Assembly (NCBI RefSeq): GCF_000008305.1
Contig: NC_006055.1
Location: 30,001 to 62,000, forward strand
Direction of reading: 5' to 3'
DNA length: 32,000 bases
Origin: Mesoplasma florum L1
GTDB lineage: Bacteria; Bacillota_I; Bacilli_A; Mycoplasmatales; Mycoplasmataceae
The position numbers were made by a program, and so were the translations under genes. Shown one piece after another: positions 22,658-32,000 of this stretch (within the stretch, counting starts at the first letter, position 1; every line of letters begins with the position of its first letter). Below the pieces are notes generated by a model. That model was not told the DNA's origin and made no database searches. It saw only the letters and a program-made list of their open reading frames with translations.

Positions 22658-23662
22658 ATGATTAATCTATTTATTTCAAAATCAAACGATCCAGCATACA
22701 ACTTAGCTGTTGAAGAGTATTTGACATATCATTACCAAACTAAAGACCCTATTTTGTATATTTGACAAAATAGCAACACAATTGTTGTTGGTAGAAATCA
22801 AAATACTTATGCTGAAATTAACATTGCTGAAGCGATGAAAGATGAAGTAAAAATTATAAGAAGAAACACGGGTGGAGGTACTGTTTTCCATGATATGGGA
22901 AATGTGTGTTATTCACTAATTGTTAACAATGATAAAAATTCACAATCTAACTTTGAAATTGCTTTACAACCAATTATTCAGTATTTAAGATCTGAAGGTT
23001 TAAATGCTAATTTCTCAGGAAGAAATGATATTGAAATTGACGGTTATAAAATATCAGGAAATGCACAATTAAAAACAAATAATAAAATTCTACAACATGG
23101 TACATTATTGTTTGATGTTGAATTACCAAGAATTTTAAAATATTTAAATGTAGATCCTGAAAAAATTAAACACCAAAAAGTTAAATCTAAACCAGCTAGA
23201 GTTGCAAATATAAAAGCACTTTTAGAAGGTATAAATAAAAATATTGAACTTACTGACTTTATAAACAATATAATAAATAGCTATACAAAAAATGAAGAAA
23301 CTAAATGAATCGAATTTAGTGAAACTGATGAATTAGCTATTAATAAATGTTTTGAAGAAAAGTATCAATCTCGTGATTGAACATTTGCTAAAAATGAAAA
23401 TTTTGAAATCAGTAACAAGAAATACTTAGAATCAAAAGGTTTAACAGAAATTAAAATAAATGTTGATAAGGGAAAAATCCAAAATATTAAAATTTATGGG
23501 GACTTCTTAGGGTACATTGGAACTGAAGCATTAGAATTTTCATTATTAAATGTTAATTATGATTATCACTCAGTTAAAAACATTCTAGATAAGTTTGCAT
23601 TAAAAGAAATATTTGGTGATAACTTTGAAGCAGAAGATATTTTGAATTTAATATTCAATTAA
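22658..23662 (+). CDS. lplA: Lipoate-protein ligase A, 334 aa
   Basis: Motifs RRNTGGGTVFHDMGN and KISGNAQ. Sits next to the pdh genes. The frame continues from ATG 22658 through ORF 22835 to TAA 23660-23662. Confidence 0.9.
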
Positions 23663-23675
23663 GAAAGGTATAAAT

Positions 23676-24788
23676 ATGAAATATATAGGAAAATTTGATC
23701 CTCAAAAAGATGAAATTGTTCGTGTAATGGATAAAGATGGTAAAATCATTAATCCTAAATTAGCTCCATCAATTTCTGATGAAGAATTAATAAAAGCATA
23801 CTCAATTATGAATCTTTCAAGAAGACAAGATGATTACCAAAACAAAATGCAAAGACAAGGAAGATTATTATCTTTCTTAAGTTCAACAGGACAAGAAGCT
23901 TGTGAAGTTGCATATACAATGGTTATTGATCCAAAGAACGATTTCTTCGTTTCTGGATATAGAAATAACGCAGCTTGATTGACAATGGGTCAAACAGTTA
24001 GAAACATTATGTTATATTGAGCAGGAAATGAAGCTGGAGCAAAAGCACCAGAAGGTGTTAATTCATTACCACCAAACATTATTATTGGTTCACAATACTC
24101 TCAAGCAACTGGAATTGCTTTTGCTGAAAAATACCAAGGTAAAAAAGGTGTAGCAGTTACAACAACTGGAGATGGTGGAATGAGTGAAGGTGAAACTTAT
24201 GAAGCAATGAACTTCGCTAAGTTACATGAATTACCAGTTGTATTTGTTTGTGAAAATAACAAATGAGCTATTTCAACTCCAACTGTTCAACAAACAAAAT
24301 CTTTAAATATTGCAGTTAAAGCAATAGCAACAGGAACTCCATCAATTAAAGTTGACGGAAATGACTTCTTAGCAAGTTATGCTGTAGCAAAAGAAGCTGT
24401 TGAATTTGCAAGAAGCGGAAACGGTCCTGTATTAATTGAATTTGATACATATAGACTTGGAGCCCACTCTTCATCAGATGCACCAGACGTTTACCGTCCA
24501 AAAGGTGAATTTGAAGATAGAGTTCCTTATGAACCATTAATAAGATTAAAAGCTTATATGATTGAAAAAGGAATTTGAAGTGAAGAAAAACAAACTGCTT
24601 TAAATGAAGAGCAAGATAAACATATTGCAGCTGAATTTGCTTGAGTAGAACAAAATAAAAACTACCCAATTGAAGATATATTCAACTATCAATATGCTGA
24701 ATTAACAAATGATTTAAAAGATCAACTAGCAGAAGCTAAAGAGTTTTTTGCTAAATACCCAGAAACTAAAGACGGAGGACACCACTAA
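23676..24788 (+). CDS. pdhA: Pyruvate dehydrogenase E1 alpha subunit, 370 aa
   Basis: TPP-binding motif TTGDGGMSEGETYEAMNFA. Hand translation to TAA 24786-24788 shows only TGA interruptions. Confidence 0.95.
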
Positions 24789-25777
24789 TGGCAGTTATTA
24801 ATAATATTAAAGCAGTTACTGAAGCACTTGATGTTGCAATGGACCGTGATAAAAACGTTATTGTTTTTGGTGAGGACGTTGGTTTAGAAGGTGGAGTTTT
24901 TAGAGCTACTCAAGGATTACAACAAAAATATGGAATTGAAAGAAGTTTTAATGCCCCTATTTCAGAAGCAATGTTTGCTGGTGTTGGATTAGGAATGGCA
25001 ATGAATGGTATGAAACCTGTTGTTGAATTACAATTCCAAGGTTTAGGATTACCAGCATTACAAAACGTTATTGCTAATATTTCACGTATGAGAAATAGAA
25101 GCCGTGGTAAATGAACAGCACCTATGGTTATTAGAATGCCAATGGGTGGAGGAATTAGAGCCTTAGAACATCACTCAGAAGCTTTAGAAGCTATCTTTGC
25201 ACATATTCCAGGTATTAAAACAGTTATGCCTTCTACACCTTATGATACAAAAGGTTTATTATTAGCAGCAATTGAATCACCAGATCCAGTTATTGTTTTA
25301 GAACCAACTAAGTTATACCGTGCATTTAAACAAGAAGTACCAGATGGATACTATACAGTTCCAATTGGTGAAGGTTACAAAATTCAAGAAGGAAATGATT
25401 TAACAATTGTTACATATGGAGCACAAACAGTGGACTGTATGAAAGCTGTTGAAATGATTAAATCAACTCACCCAACAGCATCAATTGAATTAATTGATTT
25501 ACGTTCAATTCAACCATGAGATAAAAAAATGGTAATTGAATCAGTTAAAAAAACAGGAAGATTATTAGTTGTTAGTGAAGCGGTTAGATCATTTGGTGTA
25601 CCTGCAGAAATTATTGCAACAGTTAATGAAAATTGTTTTGACTCGTTAAAAGCACCTTTAGCAAGATGTACTGGATATGATGTTGTTATTCCTTATGACA
25701 GAGGGGAAGGATTCCACCAAGTGAACCCACAGAAAGTTGTAGAAGCAATTAAAAAAGTGCTTGACTACAAATTTTAG
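24788..25777 (+). CDS. pdhB: Pyruvate dehydrogenase E1 beta subunit, 329 aa
   Basis: TAATG overlap with pdhA. Transketolase-like sequence (FGEDVG...GGVFRAT, PISEA). Three track ORFs are in one frame. Confidence 0.95.
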
Positions 25778-25797
25778 TAGAGAGGAATTAGAATAAT

Positions 25798-26030
25798 ATG
25801 TTTAAAGTAAAATTTGCCGACATTGGAGAAGGGCTTACTGAAGGAAAAGTAGCAGAAGTTCTTGTTAAATTAGGGCAAGAAATAAAAGAAGGAGATGCTT
25901 TATTTTTTGTTGAGACAGATAAAGTTAACTCTGAAATTCCAGCACCAGTTGGTGGAAAGATTGCAAATATTTTAATTTCTCAAGGACAAGAAATTAAAGT
26001 TGGAGATGTTGTTATTGAAATTGATGATGG
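25798..26030 (+). repeat. Direct repeat copy 1 (lipoyl-domain coding segment)
   Basis: 233 nt matching 27082-27314. The first 167 nt are identical and I count 4 mismatches overall. Confidence 0.9.
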
Positions 26031-27066
26031 TTCTTCAGCGGCTGAAGTAACACCTGTAGCAGAAATTAAAACTAAGAATGAACCAATTGAAGAAAATGCT
26101 TCAGTTGTAGGGTCAACACCTGTATCAAATGATGTTATTGCTTCAAGAGCAACAACAAATGCAGCAGCAGAAATTTCAAATAGTGGTGTTAAAGCAACAC
26201 CTTTAGCTAGAAAAATTGCAGCTGATAAAAAAATTGATTTATCAACAATTAAAGGTACTGGACCTCATGGAAGAATTTTAGTTTCTGATTTAGATTCAGC
26301 ACCAGTTGCCGTTCCAAATACAAACTCAGCAACTAAAACAGTTGTTAAATCTGTTGATGTAGATGCACCATTATCATGAGATTCAATCCCAATGAATGGA
26401 ATTAGAAAAGCAACTGTTAAAGCAATGGTTAAATCTCAATCAGAAAATGCAGCATTTACAGGAATGAAAAATATTAACATAACTCCAACATATGATATGC
26501 GTGCAATGTTAAAAGATGGATGTGAATCAAAAGGAATTAAATTAACTTACTTAGCATTCATCGTAAAAGCAGCTGCTAAAGTATTGGAAGAAATGCCTAA
26601 TATTAATGTTCGTATAGATGCTGAAAACAATGCAATCTTACAAGTACATAATATTAATATTGGTATCGCAGTTGATACTGAAAAAGGTTTAATGGTTCCT
26701 GTTATTAAAGGAGCAAACCATTTAACAATATTTGAAATCGCTAATAAAATTGGTGAATTAGCTAAAAAAGCTAGAGATGGTAAATTAGCAATGACTGAAA
26801 TGAAAGATGCAACTTTTACAGTTTCAAACTTTGGATCAGTTGGATTAGATTATGCCACACCAATTATTAATTCACCTGAGTCAGCAATCTTAGGAGTAGG
26901 TACAATGACAAAAACACCTATTTTTGTAAAAGATGAAATTAAAGCAGGTTGAATCATGCCATTCTCAATGACATGTGATCATAGAATAATTGATGGTGGA
27001 GATGCCGGAAGATTCTTAATGAAAATAGAAAATTATTTAAGTAATCCAGCATTACTATTAATGTAA
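25798..27066 (+). CDS. pdhC: Dihydrolipoamide acetyltransferase E2, 422 aa
   Basis: Lipoyl domain (ETDKVNSEI), subunit-binding domain (ATPLARKIAADKKIDLSTIKGTGPHGRI), and catalytic DHRIIDGG. Confidence 0.95.
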
Positions 27067-28890
<1,824 letters not shown>

Positions 28891-28891
28891 T

Positions 28892-29860
28892 ATGTATTCA
28901 GTAGAACAAATCAAAAAAATTCTAGTAGACTCAGATCATAAAAAAACCATAGTTTTACCCGAAGGTGAAGAACCTAAAATTCAAGAAGTAGCTAATACTC
29001 TTGTTAAAGAAAATATTTCAAAAGTTATTATGTTATTTCAAAAATCAGAATCAATACCGTCATCATTAGATTCAAAAATTGAAGTTATTGCAATTGATAA
29101 ATTGGATAAACAACCATTAATTGAAAAATTTATGGATTTAAGAAAAGACAAAACTAATTTAGAACAAGCAACTAAATTGATGGGACAGGCCAATTACATA
29201 GGTGCAATGTTGGTTAAAATGGAAAAAGCTGATTGTATGCTATGTGGAATAACATATACAACAGCTGATACTATAAGACCTGCATTACAAATTATTAAAA
29301 CATCACCAAATGTTGCGTTAGCAGCTAGTGTGTTTATTATGAACAAAGGTGAAGAAAATTACTTCTTTACAGATTGTGCATTAAATTTAAAACCCACAAG
29401 TCAACAATTAGCTGACATATCAAAAATGACAGCAAAATTTGCTCAATCATTTGATGTTAAAAATCCTGAAGTTGCTTTATTAAGTTACTCAACAGCAGGA
29501 TCAGGGGCTGGTGAAGACGTAGTTCGTGTTAAAGAAGCTGTTGAATTATTAGACTCTCAAACAGTTGATTTTAATTATGCTGGAGAAATTCAGTTTGATG
29601 CGGCTTGGGATAAAGAAATAAGAGATAAAAAATTTAAAGATTGTAAATTAACTAAACAAACACCTGACGTGTTTGTGTTCCCTGATATTAATGCAGGAAA
29701 CATTGGTTATAAAATTGCCCAAAGAATGGGTGGCTACGAAGCTATAGGTCCATTCATCCTTGGATTCAATAAACCAGTTAATGATTTAAGTCGTGGAGCT
29801 ACATTAACAGATATTATGAATACAGCTATTATTACAATTTATCAAGCATTGGAGGCGTAA
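28892..29860 (+). CDS. pta: Phosphate acetyltransferase, 322 aa
   Basis: Intact ORF. The C-terminal half carries Pta-type motifs (SYSTAGSG, DINAGNIGYKIAQR). Adjacent to ackA. Confidence 0.9.
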   Translation: MYSVEQIKKILVDSDHKKTIVLPEGEEPKIQEVANTLVKENISKVIMLFQKSESIPSSLDSKIEVIAIDKLDKQPLIEKFMDLRKDKTNLEQATKLMGQANYIGAMLVKMEKADCMLCGITYTTADTIRPALQIIKTSPNVALAASVFIMNKGEENYFFTDCALNLKPTSQQLADISKMTAKFAQSFDVKNPEVALLSYSTAGSGAGEDVVRVKEAVELLDSQTVDFNYAGEIQFDAAWDKEIRDKKFKDCKLTKQTPDVFVFPDINAGNIGYKIAQRMGGYEAIGPFILGFNKPVNDLSRGATLTDIMNTAIITIYQALEA

Positions 29861-29861
29861 T

Positions 29862-31052
29862 ATGATTTTAGTAGTTAATGCAGGAAGTAGTTCAATTAAA
29901 TTTAGATTATTTAATGATTTAGATAAAAGCAATCCAATTGATATTCTTGATGGTTTAGCAGAAAGAATAACTGTTGATGGTGCAGTTTCATTTAAATATG
30001 AAGGTAAAAAATATGAATATAATGTTGAATTACCAAATCATGAAGTAGCAATTAAGTTTATTTTAGATAAATTAATTGAATTAAATATTATCAGCAATGT
30101 AGATGATATAAATGCTGTAGGATTCAGGGTTGTTCATGGTGGAACAATAAGTAAATCTTCAATTATAGATCAAAAAGTCTTTGACACAATTAAAGATGCA
30201 GTTAAATTAGCACCATTGCATAATCCAGGGGCTATAACAGCCATTGAGGCCATTGAAAAAGTTATGCCTAAAGCTAAATTGGTAGCATGCTTTGATACAG
30301 CATATCATCAAACTTTAGCTGAAGAACAATATTTATACGCAGTTCCTTATTCTTGATATAAAGAACATGGTGTAAGAAAATACGGTTTTCATGGTATTAG
30401 TTACCAATACATAGCAGAAAAAATGTCAGAAGTATTAGCCAAACCTAAAGACCAATTAAATCTTATCGTTTGCCACTTAGGTAACGGTGCAAGTATAACA
30501 TGTATTAAAAATGGTAAATCATTTGATACAACAATGGGATTAACTCCTCTCGCTGGTGTAATGATGGGAACAAGAAGTGGTGATATTGATCCATCAATTA
30601 TCGAATACATGTGTAAAGAATTACAATTGGACGTTTCAAAAATAACAAATATTTTAAATAAAGAATCAGGTCTGTTAGGATTAAGCGGAAAATCAAGTGA
30701 TATGCGCGATGTAACTGGTGGATATTTTAAAGGTGATGAAGATTACAAAAGAGCACTTAACAAATATACACAAGTTTCTGCGGACTATATCATTAGATTT
30801 GCAAACTTATTAGGACACAATATTGATGGTATTGTTTTCACAGCTGGTGTTGGTGAAAATTCAATTCATACAAGACAATTTATTTTAGAAAAATTACCTT
30901 TATTAGATATTGAAATTGATAATGCTAAAAATGAAGAAAGTTATGGAGACTATAAATATATATCTTCACCAAATTCAAAAATAAAAGTATTAGCGGTTAG
31001 AACTAATGAAGAATTAATGATTTGTAAAGATACAATCAATTTAACTAAATAG
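29862..31052 (+). CDS. ackA: Acetate kinase, 396 aa
   Basis: N-terminus ILVVNAGSSSIKF, plus HRVVHGG-like FRVVHGG and GFHGIS. ORFs 29862 and 30423 are in one frame. Confidence 0.95.
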
Positions 31053-31056
31053 AATT

Positions 31057-31084
31057 AAAAATAACCATTAAGGTTATTTTTTTA
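31057..31084 (+). terminator. Intrinsic terminator
   Basis: Stem aaaataacc / ggttatttt with loop attaa, followed by a T-run. Confidence 0.75.
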
Positions 31085-31125
31085 TCTTTTAAATTATAAT
31101 TAATAATAAATAAATGAGGTGAAAC

Positions 31126-31926
31126 ATGAAAAGAGTATTATTTATAGGTTTAGGTCATATGGGTTCTTCACTTGTTAAGGGAGTTTTAAAAAATTCAAAT
31201 AATAAAATAGAAGTTTTTGGATACGATGTAATAAAAGAAGTTCAAGATAAAGCAATAAAAAATATTCAAGGGCTAAGACCTTTAAAAGATATTTCAGAAA
31301 TAGAACTTAAAAAAATAGATTATATTGTCATAGGGACAAGACCTATTGATGTTGAACCTTTATGTAAAAATATGGATCAATTAAACATTGATGGAAAAAC
31401 TATTATTTGTATGGCGAATGCAGTTACAATAGAAGATGTTCAGAATAATTTTGTAAAAAATAAGAAAGTTTCAGTAATTAGAATGATGCCAAACATGAAT
31501 GCTTCTATACAAAAATCTGTGACAGCTTTAGCAACTAAAAATGCATCAAATGAAACAATGAAATTTGTTTCTGAAATGTTTGAACTTTGTGGAATAGTGG
31601 AAAATATTGATGAAGATAAATTTGGAACACTAACAGCTATTTCTGGTTGCTCACCATCTTATATAATTTCATTTTTTAAAGCTATGACTGATTATGCAAT
31701 TGATAAAGGTTTCGAAAAAGAACAAGCCTTTAGAATAATAGAAGAGGCAATCATAGGAAGTGTTATGAATGCATCAAAATCAGAAGTAGAGTTAAGAACA
31801 ATGGTCGATCAAATTTGTGTTCCAAATGGATCAACTATTGAAGGGCAAAAAATTTTAGATAATAAAAACTTTGAAAAAATAATTCAAGAAGCACTGACAG
31901 CAGCAACTAAAAAAGCAACAAAATAA
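31126..31926 (+). CDS. proC: Pyrroline-5-carboxylate reductase family protein, 266 aa
   Basis: N-terminal Rossmann motif FIGLGHMGSSL. C-terminal dimerisation-domain motif resembling SPGGTT (VPNGSTIEG). Confidence 0.7.
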   Translation: MKRVLFIGLGHMGSSLVKGVLKNSNNKIEVFGYDVIKEVQDKAIKNIQGLRPLKDISEIELKKIDYIVIGTRPIDVEPLCKNMDQLNIDGKTIICMANAVTIEDVQNNFVKNKKVSVIRMMPNMNASIQKSVTALATKNASNETMKFVSEMFELCGIVENIDEDKFGTLTAISGCSPSYIISFFKAMTDYAIDKGFEKEQAFRIIEEAIIGSVMNASKSEVELRTMVDQICVPNGSTIEGQKILDNKNFEKIIQEALTAATKKATK

Positions 31927-31928
31927 AA

Positions 31929-31950
31929 AAATCGGGGAAACCCGATTTTA
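31929..31950. terminator. Bidirectional intrinsic terminator
   Basis: Stem atcggg / cccgat with GAAA tetraloop (31931-31946), flanked by an A-run and a T-run. Confidence 0.8.
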
Positions 31951-31952
31951 AT

Positions 31953-32000
31953 TTAAAATTTCTTAGCAGCAGCAATCAAATCAGAAGTTATTGATGAAAC
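31953..32000 (-). CDS. C-terminal end of an unidentified minus-strand gene (partial)
   Basis: The reverse strand reads ...VSSITSDLIAAAKKF then stop (TAA = complement of 31953-31955). Too short to identify. Confidence 0.4.
   Translation of the reverse strand, partial: VSSITSDLIAAAKKF

Overview
This window is AT-rich Mollicutes chromosome, most like Mesoplasma/Entomoplasma, and it is read with genetic code 4 (TGA = Trp). Nearly every fragmented ORF in the supplied standard-code track joins in frame across TGA into one full-length gene. I support 23 CDS, one of them partial at the right edge. From left to right: (i) Three tandem purine-riboswitch-like aptamers, the first cut by the window edge. 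Each has its own terminator-type platform and precedes a lipoprotein gene. (ii) The third aptamer heads a five-gene operon: a 692-aa solute-binding lipoprotein, a MalK-like ABC ATPase with a ~430-aa insertion, two permeases and a ComEC-type metallo-beta-lactamase-fold surface lipoprotein. I flag this operon as a candidate riboswitch-gated DNA/deoxynucleoside-scavenging system. (iii) A MIF/tautomerase-like small protein, then dusB and lysS. (iv) A sugar island: a NagB/Pgl-family enzyme, an RpiR regulator, a PTS EIIABC with a 208-aa coiled-coil tail, and a GH1 6-phospho-beta-glucosidase. (v) A minus-strand TPP riboswitch plus ThiT-like transporter. (vi) metG. (vii) The classic mollicute energy cluster nox-lplA-pdhABCD-pta-ackA, in which pdhC and pdhD share a 233-nt near-identical lipoyl-domain repeat. 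(viii) proC. I saw no rRNA, tRNA, CRISPR array or mobile element. All calls come from reading the sequence and recalled family motifs; no searches were run.
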